A stretch of DNA of 64,000 nucleotides from positions 1-64,000 of the forward strand of contig CAXBMO010000010.1 in NCBI GenBank assembly GCA_963977015.1, in the 5' to 3' direction. Made by a program: the position numbers and the translations under genes. Within the stretch, counting starts at the first letter, position 1. Each line of letters starts with the position of its first letter. The DNA comes from an uncultured bacterium. GTDB taxonomy: Bacteria > Verrucomicrobiota > Verrucomicrobiia > Verrucomicrobiales > DEV007. Under the pieces are notes generated by a model. That model made no database searches. It had not been told where the DNA came from and worked only from the letters and a program-made list of their open reading frames with translations. Positions 10,401 to 20,014 of this stretch are shown in pieces.

Positions 10401-10475
10401 ATCCGGCATGTCGAAAATGCCCAACATGCGTTGGGAAATGATCGCGGTTAGTTGTTGGGCGGAAGACTCCGGCAA
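7464..10475 (-). CDS. Large hypothetical protein (1003 aa): beta-rich body with C-terminal 29-aa helical repeats
   Basis: Long ORF co-oriented with its neighbours. No catalytic motif was recognised. Periodic helical repeats occupy the last ~190 aa. Confidence 0.8.
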   Translation of the reverse strand: MPESSAQQLTAIISQRMLGIFDMPDGFPDIRFDWVTEEDLRERIRVEASAPGTWEMTGNRFLSEVSLKAEIHKYAPHELSTGTLTGKLLMGNHLFPVTYHFPGPFQFTIELERVAMEHLINPVAIDAGLFQWLPALFLRDAKFIFSPQTGHFSLSAKSDDTWTIPVGRDGVTLNQLQLELLRQDAASPVLGKIEGTTMIGGRELNLSAPVDKPSVLLGSRRPFDLPTVLAQLCDDAPIVASSIKPLTEAAVQANLADQSFSILGSPPDSGTIRVSIYRHEGKWGFVATPEMLRSWRISDLAAYLHPLDRIDITRLMLVVTSFERVPWDVPGLTHEMTNRLRRGTNLVIPTRLVGLPEFELLSRLYGSHDTPITFVGNVNPERLSVQGTLPHLMIASGVTFLEPNATLTLSANGSQTVDLDGLIHLQVGRETLSMNGELKIRGKEGNLSATLNDPWKNPFSTQGIVIHHLSLTARMDETARPSLVANGRAALRGQSGSVRVYQMHSPEYDVNLGFDRVPTTDLFAAIIPKLANKIPVETQTALSAGFHDVSVRLASNGNELQTGFRFLGQAGLLTGTFDQEKGITAAGAIDAIRRQRVTGGRHILELTAKPQNSPLNSGPQYQGPLVRMSPGESGAAHVEFEAVCTLFAEFSHVVFARMTKRGAEFSFDFDSPEIGFDLACIVTESEFTAEGDLGLQLKTEFHLHDEKTGADLGRVHVDAPFHAKLHLSIGAAGFEARLNGHLLWNNLKLPAPKLVLSETPVSFDEFRQSVAEAIRPHAFSFFKPAFAESGAFHAAVKDGQLVTGQSLNLDAIALAQGMRQVFNADVEQLAYSFRDLSYSSHDIAKVLKTVARVSPEVAAKQLHAAQCSSNQIGSALKAAYDAKPEIIAQSLRAIGFGYQPIAEALRLGAGFKPGEVASALKAASFDAGDIALALRDNFRAQALDVARALRQAGIKSKEAIVALPPVFETNLEETETLLIAANYSPRDVRGAAEKSSRFFSFFG

Positions 10476-10549
10476 AGTGAAAAGGGGAGCAAGTTAGGGA
10501 GATGGAATTGTCTCGCGTGGAACATGTGTCAGTCCAGCGAAAAGTCGAA

Positions 10550-12049
10550 CTAGTAGCGCCGCCAGAGAGCTTTGGAGAAAAGCGCGACAATGACGTAGAC
10601 CTCGAGCCGGCCTAATAACATTAACAGACTCAAAAAGAGAAGCGTGCCTTCATTCAGATGGGCGAAATTTTTCCAGGGGCCAACCGCCCCAAAACCGGGA
10701 CCGATATTGAAGAAGGTGGCCAGCACGGCGCCGGCGGCACTTTCAAACTCGACGATCTGGGGTTCGAGAATGCAGACGATCAAGGTGGACGCAATGGTAA
10801 TGGCGCCAACGAAAACCAGATACGCCATGACCTGTGCCTGGGCTTGGCGATCGACGGGCTGACCGTCGAGCGATAACGAGAACACCTGGTTGGGGCGAAA
10901 GAAGTGCTGAATCTCATGCATGACCTGGCGCAGGGCGAGGAGAACCCGGCTGACTTTGATTCCGCCCGCGGTCGAGCCACCGCATCCGCCAATGACCATT
11001 AATACCATCAACACGCATTGGGAACACATGGGCCATGCATTGTAGTTAGACGTGGCGAACCCGGTTGTGGTGCTGACCGCGACGACGGGAAACAACGCCT
11101 CACGCAGTCCGGAAAACCCCTTGGCGTATCCGGTGACCCAGAAATTGGTCATGATGATGATCATTGCGATCAGAACGATCACGCCAAAGGTTTTCGCCTC
11201 CGTTTTGCCGACGGGAGACTTGAAATTCAGGCTGACCATGTTGATCACCATGACCATGTTCAAGCTGCTGATGATCATGAAGACGATCAGAAAGACTTCG
11301 ATGACGGGGCTGTCAAAGAAGCCCACGCTTTGGTTGTGGGGGGCAAAGCCTGCGGTGGAGACGACGGTCAGGCTGTAGAGGAGCGCGTCAAAAAAGCTGA
11401 GATTCACGTCTCGCAGCACCAGGCCGAGAACGAACAGGCCAACACAGCTGAGAATGGTCAATCCCAGGTAAACGCCCCAAAGGCGGAGCGTCAGGTCCTT
11501 GACCCGCGAGGTCGAAGTGGCGCCGAGATTGAGCGATGATTCCGTTCCGAGTAGCGATTTGCCGCTAATGCCCATCATGGAAAGGAGGGCGACGAACAAC
11601 GCGAGAATACCCAATCCGCCGATCCATTGGGTAAGGCTGCGCCAGAGCAGGATGCTGTTCGGGTAGGGATCAAGGTCACGAATCACGGTGGATCCGGTCG
11701 TGGTGATTCCCGACATCGATTCGAAAAAGGCTTCGATGAAGTTGAGCCCGCCTTCCAGATAAAAGAGAAAGGGAAGGCTGCCGAACAATGCCGCAAACAG
11801 CCAGCCCAGCCCAACAATTCCCACGGCCTCCTTGCGGAGCAGTTTGCTGGAGTCAGCGGATCTTCCCAGAAAAAGGAACAAGCCACCCACTGCGCCAGTG
11901 ATGAGGCAGGAATACCCGGTTGCCGACATGGCATGGTTTACGATCCCCTGAGTTGCCTCCGCGGCAGCTACGAGAAAGGTCACCAACATGGCTGCGGAAA
12001 GCAGGAGAAGGATGAGGCCGAGAAATCGAGCGAGAATCGTAAGATGCAT
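10550..12049 (-). CDS. trkH: TrkH family potassium uptake permease
   Basis: FFESMSGITTTGSTV, VSTAGF, STTTGF, GGCGGSTAGGIKVSR, NIGPGFG and MLLGRLE motifs. Confidence 0.95.
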   Translation of the reverse strand: MHLTILARFLGLILLLLSAAMLVTFLVAAAEATQGIVNHAMSATGYSCLITGAVGGLFLFLGRSADSSKLLRKEAVGIVGLGWLFAALFGSLPFLFYLEGGLNFIEAFFESMSGITTTGSTVIRDLDPYPNSILLWRSLTQWIGGLGILALFVALLSMMGISGKSLLGTESSLNLGATSTSRVKDLTLRLWGVYLGLTILSCVGLFVLGLVLRDVNLSFFDALLYSLTVVSTAGFAPHNQSVGFFDSPVIEVFLIVFMIISSLNMVMVINMVSLNFKSPVGKTEAKTFGVIVLIAMIIIMTNFWVTGYAKGFSGLREALFPVVAVSTTTGFATSNYNAWPMCSQCVLMVLMVIGGCGGSTAGGIKVSRVLLALRQVMHEIQHFFRPNQVFSLSLDGQPVDRQAQAQVMAYLVFVGAITIASTLIVCILEPQIVEFESAAGAVLATFFNIGPGFGAVGPWKNFAHLNEGTLLFLSLLMLLGRLEVYVIVALFSKALWRRY

Positions 12050-12147
12050 ACCTGAGGCTGCGACCTAAAGTCGGAGCATATCGTAAGGGGACTAAGCACG
12101 AAGGAGCAGTTGCGTCCAACGAGAACCCTCGTTCAGTATTTCTCATT

Positions 12148-13770
12148 GTGGCTTCTCCCCAAAAACCTGATCTCAAAGCCAAGCTTCGCGATGTTCCGCA
12201 CAAGCCGGGGGTCTACTTGATGAAAGACCGGCTGAATTCCATTATTTACGTGGGAAAGGCGAAAAGTCTGAGGAAACGGCTCAGCAGCTACTTTACGCCC
12301 GCCAAGAGCCGCATGGCCGATCTGAAAACGCGTGCATTGATCAAAAGCATCTGGGATTTTGAGATCCACGTGGTGAGGAATGAGCCGGAATCGCTGCTTT
12401 TGGAAGGCAAGCTGATTAAGGAATACCGGCCGAAGTACAACGTCAGTTTTCGCGACGACAAGCGTTTCCTGCTGCTCAAGGTCCATATGGACGACCCGTT
12501 TCCGAGATTTCAACTGTCGCGACTTCGCAAAGAGGATGGGGCGCGTTACTTCGGCCCCTTTGCCCATTCGGGAGCGCTCCGCACCACGATCCAGTGGATG
12601 AACCGGGAGTTTGGGCTTCGCAGCTGCCGACCGCTTTTTCCCGGCGAGAATGATTACAAACATTGCAACGACGATGTGATCCGGAACTGCTCTGCGCCCT
12701 GTATCGGAAAAATTTCGAAGGAGGAATACCGGGAACGGGTCGAGAAGGTCTGCGATTTCCTGGCCGGGAAGTCGAAAGTAATGATTGAGCAGTTGGAGGC
12801 GGAAATGCGGCACGCGGCGGAGAAACTCGATTTCGAGCGCGCCGCGAATTTGCGGGACATGCTGGAGCAGATGAAGAAAACGGTGAGCCCCACGCGTCAG
12901 TTTCGACGGGGAAGGGGAGTGCCGAAAACCGGCGGCGAGATTGATCCGATAGCCGATGTGAATGAGCTGGGCGAGGTGTTGATGCTGGGACGTCCGCCGC
13001 TGGTCATGGAGTGTTTCGACATTTCCAACATTTCCGACACGCATTCGGTGGCATCCATGGTTCGCTTCAAGAATGGAGCTCCCGACAATCGGAGCTATCG
13101 GCGGTATCGGATCAAAACCGTTCAGGGCCAGGACGATTTTGCGAGCATGGCAGAGGTCGTTCGCCGGCGCTATTCCCGGATCTTGCTCGAAGCGCGGGAA
13201 CACGCGGGCGAAGATGCAGATTTTTGCCAGGATAGCCCGTTGGAGGCCTTGCGGCGTCTCGAACAGGAGGTCGAGGCGCGCGAAGAAGCCGGAGTCGAAA
13301 CCACCAGGAAAAAGCGAAAGGCGTTCGTTCGGCTTCCTGATTTGGTGATCGTCGATGGCGGAAAAGGTCAGCTCAGTTCCGCCTGCAAAGAGCTTCAGCG
13401 CCTGGGCCTGCATGAGTTGCCGATCATCGGCCTGGCGAAACAGCGGGAAGAGATTTTTCGGCCCGGCGAGCCTGATCCCATTGTGCTCGACCACGGCCGG
13501 GGCGCGCTCAAGCTGCTGCAGCGGATCCGCGACGAGGCGCACCGGTGGGCAAATCGCTACAACGAGCTTCTCATGAAACGGCGGGTCAGCGAGAGCATTC
13601 TCGACGACTGCCCCGGGATCAGTTCACGGCGCAAAAAGGCGCTTCTGGAGTGCTTTGGATCGGTCGCCCGCCTGCGAAAGGCTTCGGAAGAGGAGATTGC
13701 CGAGGTTGAAGGAATCAGCGCGACATTGGCTGAAGGAATCGTGAGATTTCTGGAGAGCCATCGGAATTGA
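12148..13770 (+). CDS. uvrC: Excinuclease ABC subunit C
   Basis: GIY-YIG domain (PGVYLMKD...IIYVGKAKSLRKR), UVR domain, ECFDISN, DGGKGQ, RIRDEAHR and C-terminal HhH. GTG start. Confidence 0.97.
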   Translation: MASPQKPDLKAKLRDVPHKPGVYLMKDRLNSIIYVGKAKSLRKRLSSYFTPAKSRMADLKTRALIKSIWDFEIHVVRNEPESLLLEGKLIKEYRPKYNVSFRDDKRFLLLKVHMDDPFPRFQLSRLRKEDGARYFGPFAHSGALRTTIQWMNREFGLRSCRPLFPGENDYKHCNDDVIRNCSAPCIGKISKEEYRERVEKVCDFLAGKSKVMIEQLEAEMRHAAEKLDFERAANLRDMLEQMKKTVSPTRQFRRGRGVPKTGGEIDPIADVNELGEVLMLGRPPLVMECFDISNISDTHSVASMVRFKNGAPDNRSYRRYRIKTVQGQDDFASMAEVVRRRYSRILLEAREHAGEDADFCQDSPLEALRRLEQEVEAREEAGVETTRKKRKAFVRLPDLVIVDGGKGQLSSACKELQRLGLHELPIIGLAKQREEIFRPGEPDPIVLDHGRGALKLLQRIRDEAHRWANRYNELLMKRRVSESILDDCPGISSRRKKALLECFGSVARLRKASEEEIAEVEGISATLAEGIVRFLESHRN

Positions 13771-13845
13771 AGGTGACGTGGTTTTCACAGATCGCAGGGC
13801 AGTCATTGATTGCGGGGAGAGTGAATTGTGCTTCTGTCAGGCCCA

Positions 13846-15918
13846 ATGGTCTCCCAATCTGCGAACCCCACGAGTGAACCTCACCGTCTTCAACTCGACG
13901 CCGCGGTGATTGGTGGCGGGTTTGCGGGGGTGTTTTGTGGAAAAGCCCTGTGCGAAAAGCTGGGAAGCGATGCCGAAAAATCGGCCCTGATCTCCGATCG
14001 CAACTACATGGTTTTCCAGCCCATGCTGGCGGAAGTTGCCGGCGGCTCCCTGTCTCCCCGGCACGTGGTGAACCCGATTCGGATGCTTTGCCGCGGGATG
14101 CGGGTCTTTAAAGGCGAAGTGACGGGCGTGGATCTGGAGGCGAAGGAGCTTCACGTCAATACCGGTCACTTTTCCTCCGGAGTGACCATCAATTTCGAGC
14201 ATTTGGTGATCGCGATGGGGGCTCAGATTGACTTGAGCCGCGTTCCGGGCATGCCGGAACATGCCTTGCTGATGCAGAACGTGGGTGATGCGATGATTTT
14301 GCGGGCGACGATCATTTCGCGGATCGAAGAGGCCAATGTCGAAGCTCGGCCCGAGGTTCGAGAGCGTTTGCTCACCTTTGTCGTGGTTGGCGGAGGGTTT
14401 TCGGGAGTCGAAACCGCAGGAGAGGTGCTCGATATGCTTCACGAAGTCGCGAAGTACTATCACGGCGTCCCCAAGGAAGAGCTTCGGGTCGTCCTCATCC
14501 ACAGCCGCGGCCAGATTTTGTCAACGTTGAGCAACGAGCTTGGTGGCTACGCCGAGCGCAAGCTCCGCAAGCGCGGCCTCGAAATTCGCTTGAACGAGCG
14601 GGTCAAGGCGGTCACGGCGACCAAGGTGTATCTCCAATCCGGAGACGTCATCGAGACCACGACCGTGGTTTCAACGGTAGGAAATGCGCCCCATCCATTG
14701 GTGCGGACGCTCTGCGACCGTTATGACCTGCCAAATCTGAAAGGGCGAATCCAAACGACACCGAATCTTCAGGTTCCGGGATACGATTTTCTTTGGGCGG
14801 CGGGAGACTGTGCCGCAGTTCCACTGGCCAATGGCGAAGAAGGCCAGCTGTGTCCACAAACGGCGCAGTTCGCCATGCGCCAGGGACAAACTTTGGCCGA
14901 GAACCTGGAAAGGGCCATGAAGGGAAAGCCGTTGAAGCCGTTTACCTTCAGGGGATTGGGTGAGCTGGCGTCAATAGGTCACCAAACCGCCGTGGCGAAC
15001 GTTTTTGGGCTTCGTTTTTCGGGCTTTTTGGCGTGGTGGATGTGGCGAACCGTTTACTTGTCCAAGTTGCCGGGCCTCGATCGAAAGGTGCGGGTCGCGA
15101 TCGAGTGGACCCTCGACGTTTTCTTTTCCCGGGACATCAATTTGCTCAACCCGCGGTATTCCCGGGTTTTCCGAGAGGTTCATCTCGAGCCGGGAGACCG
15201 CCTCTTCACCCATGGGGAACCCGCCTTTTCCCTGTACGTGGTCAAAGAGGGGCAGATTGAATTGCGCGATGGAGATACCGTGGTCCGAACGATTCAACCG
15301 GGGGACTTTTTCGGCGAACGTGCCTTGGTCCACGGCGGCGGCTACCACTACGATGCGGTCTCGCCGGGGTGCACGGAACTGCTCTCGGTCAGTGGCGACG
15401 TGATTTTGCCATTCTTCCGGGCGAGCCGCCGATTGGGGCGTGTTTTGGCGAAGACCACGGCTCAGTATTCCGCCACCGACGAATTGCACAGTGTGGAAGA
15501 GAAGCTGGATCCCGCGATTCTGGGCCAGGTCGTTTCCGAAGTGATGCGGACCGACATTGCCAGCCTGAGCCCCGAGCAGACCGTTCGCGACGGGCTGGAC
15601 TATTTCAGGGAACGGCGCTTCAGCGCCTACCCCCTGGTGGGGGCCGACAACAAGCTGGTTGGCGTGATCAGTCGGGAAACGTTCTTCGATTTCCTCAAGC
15701 GCGGCGATGTTTCCAACGACACGAAGCTTGAGCGAATCGAGCGGATGCATCTCCCGATTTGCCGGGACCGGGAAACCGTCAGCAACGCCCTGGAGCAGAT
15801 GATTCGCGCAGGGCGCTACAAGTGCCTCGTCACGGACGACGACAATCAGCTGTTGGGGATATTGACGGTGATGGATTTGTTGGGGGAATCCGCATCACAT
15901 TCGTTGCGAAAAACGTGA
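13846..15918 (+). CDS. Type II NADH dehydrogenase-like flavoprotein fused to a cNMP-binding domain and a CBS pair
   Basis: IGGGFAG, FQPMLAEVAGG, VVGGGFSGVETAGE, WAAGDCA and PQTAQFA motifs. These are followed by LFTHGEPAFSLYVVKEGQIE...GDFFGERAL (cNMP) and two CBS repeats. Confidence 0.9.
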   Translation: MVSQSANPTSEPHRLQLDAAVIGGGFAGVFCGKALCEKLGSDAEKSALISDRNYMVFQPMLAEVAGGSLSPRHVVNPIRMLCRGMRVFKGEVTGVDLEAKELHVNTGHFSSGVTINFEHLVIAMGAQIDLSRVPGMPEHALLMQNVGDAMILRATIISRIEEANVEARPEVRERLLTFVVVGGGFSGVETAGEVLDMLHEVAKYYHGVPKEELRVVLIHSRGQILSTLSNELGGYAERKLRKRGLEIRLNERVKAVTATKVYLQSGDVIETTTVVSTVGNAPHPLVRTLCDRYDLPNLKGRIQTTPNLQVPGYDFLWAAGDCAAVPLANGEEGQLCPQTAQFAMRQGQTLAENLERAMKGKPLKPFTFRGLGELASIGHQTAVANVFGLRFSGFLAWWMWRTVYLSKLPGLDRKVRVAIEWTLDVFFSRDINLLNPRYSRVFREVHLEPGDRLFTHGEPAFSLYVVKEGQIELRDGDTVVRTIQPGDFFGERALVHGGGYHYDAVSPGCTELLSVSGDVILPFFRASRRLGRVLAKTTAQYSATDELHSVEEKLDPAILGQVVSEVMRTDIASLSPEQTVRDGLDYFRERRFSAYPLVGADNKLVGVISRETFFDFLKRGDVSNDTKLERIERMHLPICRDRETVSNALEQMIRAGRYKCLVTDDDNQLLGILTVMDLLGESASHSLRKT

Positions 15919-15950
15919 CATTACCGCGGCTTTGCCTTACGAACTAGGCG

Positions 15951-16766
15951 GTGATCCTGCGGTGTATCCAGATTCTCATTGTCCTCGGCTGGATTGGTTC
16001 GACGGCGCTTCTAATTCGAAAGACCTATTTCCCGGACGAAAAGCGCTATCCCATTGCCCCGGTGGATGACGTTTTGGGCCTGTTTATTGAGCAAGGCGGT
16101 TCGACGGATCTCGCAATTCTCAAAGATGGAAAGCTGTTTGGTCGGATGAATGTCAATCCTCGATCGCGACTCTCGAACCCGCCCAAGCCGCTCCAAAATG
16201 CGAGAGACATTCGGGAGGTGTTTTTCTCCGGATTTTTGACGGAAGCGGCGAAGGACTTGCAGTTTGGCCAGCTGTCCTGGAATGGTTCCTTTTATCTGGA
16301 TGACGCGTTGGACTTGGTCGCGTTCAAGCTGGGAGGGAGAGTGCCAGAGCTGGCCAACGGCTATTTTCTGGTGATGCTGGATCCCCCGGAATTGGTCTAC
16401 GAGGTGCGTCAGGGAAGAGAAGTGGTGCTGTCTTCCAATGAGCCTGAAAAGACCCATGAGATCTTGTCGCAGGCTTCGAAGATGCTGGGGAGTTCCGAGT
16501 TTGATTTCAGGACGCTTGAGAACGCGGATGAGCAGATTGGTCCGATGGTCGCGCTGCTCAAGCCGCAGATCGAATGCCGCCACGGGCAGTTCAGAATGTT
16601 TGGCGATCGTTACAATGGGTTCATCGTCAGTGTCCAGGTCCTGGGAGAGTGGAAAACGAGGCTCTACTTCAGTGAGCTTGGCGAATTGTTGAAAGTTGAT
16701 GGAATTTCCGATTTGCTCATTCTCGGGGAAGCCTTCGTTCCCCAGGATTTGACCGACCCGGAATGA
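15951..16766 (+). CDS. Membrane-anchored hypothetical protein
   Basis: N-terminal hydrophobic helix. Ends 10 bp before the ABC ATPase gene. Confidence 0.75.
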   Translation: MILRCIQILIVLGWIGSTALLIRKTYFPDEKRYPIAPVDDVLGLFIEQGGSTDLAILKDGKLFGRMNVNPRSRLSNPPKPLQNARDIREVFFSGFLTEAAKDLQFGQLSWNGSFYLDDALDLVAFKLGGRVPELANGYFLVMLDPPELVYEVRQGREVVLSSNEPEKTHEILSQASKMLGSSEFDFRTLENADEQIGPMVALLKPQIECRHGQFRMFGDRYNGFIVSVQVLGEWKTRLYFSELGELLKVDGISDLLILGEAFVPQDLTDPE

Positions 16767-16776
16767 CCAATTCACG

Positions 16777-17511
16777 ATGATTGAGATTGAAAATTTATCG
16801 ATGTCTTATGGGACACTGCGAGCCCTTGATGACCTCAACCTGAAGGTTGAGCCGGGAGAATTGTTTGCCTTTCTGGGACCCAACGGAGCCGGGAAAACCA
16901 CGACGATCAAGCTCCTGACCGGGCTGCTCCGGCCAACCCATGGTCGCTCCCGAATCTGTGGGTTTGATATTCAGAAAGAACCACTTGCCGCAAAACGTCA
17001 GTTGGGATTCGTGCCCGATGTCGCGGTGTTTTATGACAAACTCACCGCGTTGGAATTCATGCAGTTCATCGCGGAGTTGTTCGAGGTCGATCCCAGGAAA
17101 GCCTTGGATGCAACCGAGGCCTTGTTCGAGAAATTCGCGCTTCACGAATTTGCGCATCAACTCGTTGAGAACCTGAGCCACGGTACCCGGCAGCGGTTGG
17201 CCATCGCTTCCGCAATACTTCACGAGCCCAAAGTCTTGATCATCGATGAGCCAATGGTCGGGCTCGATCCTCACAATGCGAGAGTGGTGAAGGATGAACT
17301 GAAGGCGCAAAGCCTGGCCGGCACCACGGTTTTTCTTTCGACCCATCTCCTCAATGTCGCGCAGGAACTGGCGGACCGGATCGGAATTATCAATCACGGC
17401 CGGCTGATCGAGACCGGCACAGTCGAGGAGTTAAAGCAAAAAAGACAGTCTGCAGACTGGGATTTGGAAAGCTTTTTTCTGGAACTTACGCGAGAATGTG
17501 ACCAGGATTAA
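16777..17511 (+). CDS. ABC transporter ATP-binding protein
   Basis: Walker A GPNGAGKTT, signature LSHGTRQR, Walker B LIIDEP. Confidence 0.95.
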   Translation: MIEIENLSMSYGTLRALDDLNLKVEPGELFAFLGPNGAGKTTTIKLLTGLLRPTHGRSRICGFDIQKEPLAAKRQLGFVPDVAVFYDKLTALEFMQFIAELFEVDPRKALDATEALFEKFALHEFAHQLVENLSHGTRQRLAIASAILHEPKVLIIDEPMVGLDPHNARVVKDELKAQSLAGTTVFLSTHLLNVAQELADRIGIINHGRLIETGTVEELKQKRQSADWDLESFFLELTRECDQD

Positions 17512-17662
17512 TTTGCCAATGTTCTAAGATCTGGAAGAGATTCTCGTCCAAAGCAAAAATTCCCTGACAATTTGGACAATTTCGCTTTACACACCCCATC
17601 CTTTTAGGCCAGAACTAGCCTTTCATTAAAACCTCGGAAAACTTAACGATATCGCGACACCC

Positions 17663-18469
17663 ATGCTACTGAAAAAACCGACCCGAACCAGATGGTGGCT
17701 GATTGCAGGCATCATTGCCGTCACCGCCATTTTCATGACCGCACCTGAGTTGATGGCTCAAGAAGCAGCGGAGGGCGGAGAGGAAGCAATTCCAGAGCGT
17801 TCACTGCTTGATAAGATCATTGCTGGTGGTGGCTTCATGATTCCGATTGGGTTGCTCTCTGTCGCGACCATTACGCTTTACGTTTTCAATGCGCTTCAAA
17901 CCACGAAAGGGAAGTTTGTTCCCAAAGTGCTTCAGGCACAGATTTTGCAGCTCATGGGTGAAGTTCGAGTTCGCAGCGCGATCGAGACGGCTGCCGCCAA
18001 CCCTTCCTTCTTCGGTCGGATGATGGCGACGGCACTGCCCAACGTGGATGCGACCGATCCCGAAACCCTGGGGCGTGAAGCTGTGGAGGACGCGATTGCT
18101 GATTTCACGGTCCGCGAAACCAGCGGTTACATGACTTGGATCACGTATCTGTCGGTGATTGCCCAAATGGCTCCGATGATGGGGCTGATGGGAACCGTTT
18201 GGGGGATGGTTGGGGCGTTTGAGGTCTTGGGTGTGGGAAAGGCGGATCCGTCTGACCTCGCTGGAAAGATCTCCGTCGCCCTGATGACGACCCTTGGTGG
18301 ACTGGTTGTCGCCCTTCCTTCGATTTTTGGCTACTATCTCTACAAGAACCGTCTCAACGCGATGGTCAAAGAGGCGCACAAGAGCGCTGGAGATGCGATT
18401 GATGCCGCAATTGCGACCGTCAACGCCGATCAGCAGTTGGCCAAAGTCCCCGAGGGATTGGCTGAGTAA
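17663..18469 (+). CDS. exbB: MotA/TolQ/ExbB proton channel family protein
   Basis: APMMGLMGTVWGMVGAF and ISVALMTTLGGLVVALPS transmembrane motifs. Confidence 0.92.
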   Translation: MLLKKPTRTRWWLIAGIIAVTAIFMTAPELMAQEAAEGGEEAIPERSLLDKIIAGGGFMIPIGLLSVATITLYVFNALQTTKGKFVPKVLQAQILQLMGEVRVRSAIETAAANPSFFGRMMATALPNVDATDPETLGREAVEDAIADFTVRETSGYMTWITYLSVIAQMAPMMGLMGTVWGMVGAFEVLGVGKADPSDLAGKISVALMTTLGGLVVALPSIFGYYLYKNRLNAMVKEAHKSAGDAIDAAIATVNADQQLAKVPEGLAE

Positions 18470-18532
18470 ATTCCGAGGTGTCCCAACTTATTTGCAGGCT
18501 TTCCCAATGAGCCTGTTTCCTGAAATCCCCCA

Positions 18533-19015
18533 ATGCCTTCCGCGAAACTAAGAGCAGCTTCCTCCGAAGAACTCGGCGATATGGAGATGGACATGTCGTC
18601 CATGATCGATTTGGTCTTTCTCCTGCTGATCTTCTTCATGGTAAGCTCTCACCTGATCATCATTCAGATTGATCCTGAGGTGAAACCGCCTGTCGCCGCT
18701 GCTGCGGAGAAGCCTGAGAATGCTCTCGGCAGGATCGTTATCAATATTCGGGCCGATGGCGGCGTTTGGGATTCCGCAGGGAATATGCTCTCTGCGGGAC
18801 CGGATGGCGGGATGGAAGAAGTCGAGGCCTTTATTGGCGAACTTCGTGACAGTATCGTCGAGGGACAACAACGGCCCAAGCTTCACGTTAGGGCTGACAA
18901 ATCTTGTGAGGTAAAGCGAATCAAGGAAGTCGTGCGAGCGGGAGCCGAATCCCAGGTGATTGACGTCATCTTTGGCGCGTTCCGGAAAGCCCCTCCTCGC
19001 GAAGCAAATTACTAA
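18533..19015 (+). CDS. exbD: ExbD/TolR family protein 1
   Basis: DMSSMIDLVFLLLIFFMV and VRADK motifs. Confidence 0.92.
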   Translation: MPSAKLRAASSEELGDMEMDMSSMIDLVFLLLIFFMVSSHLIIIQIDPEVKPPVAAAAEKPENALGRIVINIRADGGVWDSAGNMLSAGPDGGMEEVEAFIGELRDSIVEGQQRPKLHVRADKSCEVKRIKEVVRAGAESQVIDVIFGAFRKAPPREANY

Positions 19016-19018
19016 ATA

Positions 19019-19477
19019 ATGGCAAGACGAAAAAAACTTCAGGCCGCAGTCGAGCCCGATCCGGGGTTGGACATGTCATCATTGATTGACGTCAGTTTCC
19101 TGCTCCTGATCTACTTCATCGCGACTTCAACACTGAAGCCCGAGGAGGCTGATTTGGGGATGACGCTGCCCACGACCGACTCAAGCAGCAGTTCGAAAGT
19201 GGAGATTGACCAGATGTCGATCAACCTCACTGGGGAGGGGGCGGTCTCCGTGAATGACGAGGTTCTCGATAATGATGTGAACAGCAGGTCGCTGCCGCAG
19301 CTGAAAGAAAGGCTGGTTCAGTACAAATCTGCGGCTGATTTGTCCGAATCGACTCCGGTTGTCATTCTGTCTGCGCAAGATTCTGCTAAGAGCCAGCGGT
19401 TTATCGACGTCTTGAATACGCTAGCCGATGTCGGCATTAATAGCGTCACCTTGGCGGGATTTGATCAGGGTGGCTAG
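19019..19477 (+). CDS. exbD: ExbD/TolR family protein 2
   Basis: DMSSLIDVSFLLLIYFIATS motif. Confidence 0.92.
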   Translation: MARRKKLQAAVEPDPGLDMSSLIDVSFLLLIYFIATSTLKPEEADLGMTLPTTDSSSSSKVEIDQMSINLTGEGAVSVNDEVLDNDVNSRSLPQLKERLVQYKSAADLSESTPVVILSAQDSAKSQRFIDVLNTLADVGINSVTLAGFDQGG

Positions 19478-19497
19478 ACTTAGCTCTTCCCTGTAAC

Positions 19498-19953
19498 ATG
19501 AGAAAATCTTCGCGACGGTCCGGTTCCTCTGACATCAAGCCCGGTCTCGATCTTTCCTCCCTTGTCGATGTCTCCTTCCTGCTCCTGATCTATTTTGTGG
19601 CTACCTCGTCGCTCCGGCCCGAGGAATCTGACTTGGGGCTAAGCCTTCCGGTCGACCCCGTAAGTGAACGTGGCAGGGTTGATCTTCCTGCATTCGAAAT
19701 CTTTCTCCAGGGCGATGGTTCGATTGTTGGAAATGATGAGATTCTGGACTCGGATACGACAAATCGCGACCTGCCGGAGCTTCGCGAGCAATTGAGTATT
19801 TACAAAGCGGCTTCCGATTTGTTGCAATTGGATCCAGAGATTTCTGTTTCGGCGGACGATGCTTCTCAAGGACAACGTTTTTTGGATGTGCTTAACTGTC
19901 TCGCCAGCCTTGAAATTAATCAGGTTAACCTTACAATGGCGTCCACTCGATGA
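19498..19953 (+). CDS. exbD: ExbD/TolR family protein 3 (paralog of the preceding gene)
   Basis: DLSSLVDVSFLLLIYFVATS motif; collinear with ExbD 2. Confidence 0.9.
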   Translation: MRKSSRRSGSSDIKPGLDLSSLVDVSFLLLIYFVATSSLRPEESDLGLSLPVDPVSERGRVDLPAFEIFLQGDGSIVGNDEILDSDTTNRDLPELREQLSIYKAASDLLQLDPEISVSADDASQGQRFLDVLNCLASLEINQVNLTMASTR

Positions 19954-20014
19954 TTGAAGCAATCGCCAACCCCTTTCGTCAAAACCCCGCTAATTTTTTC
20001 GTTGAATTGTCGCT

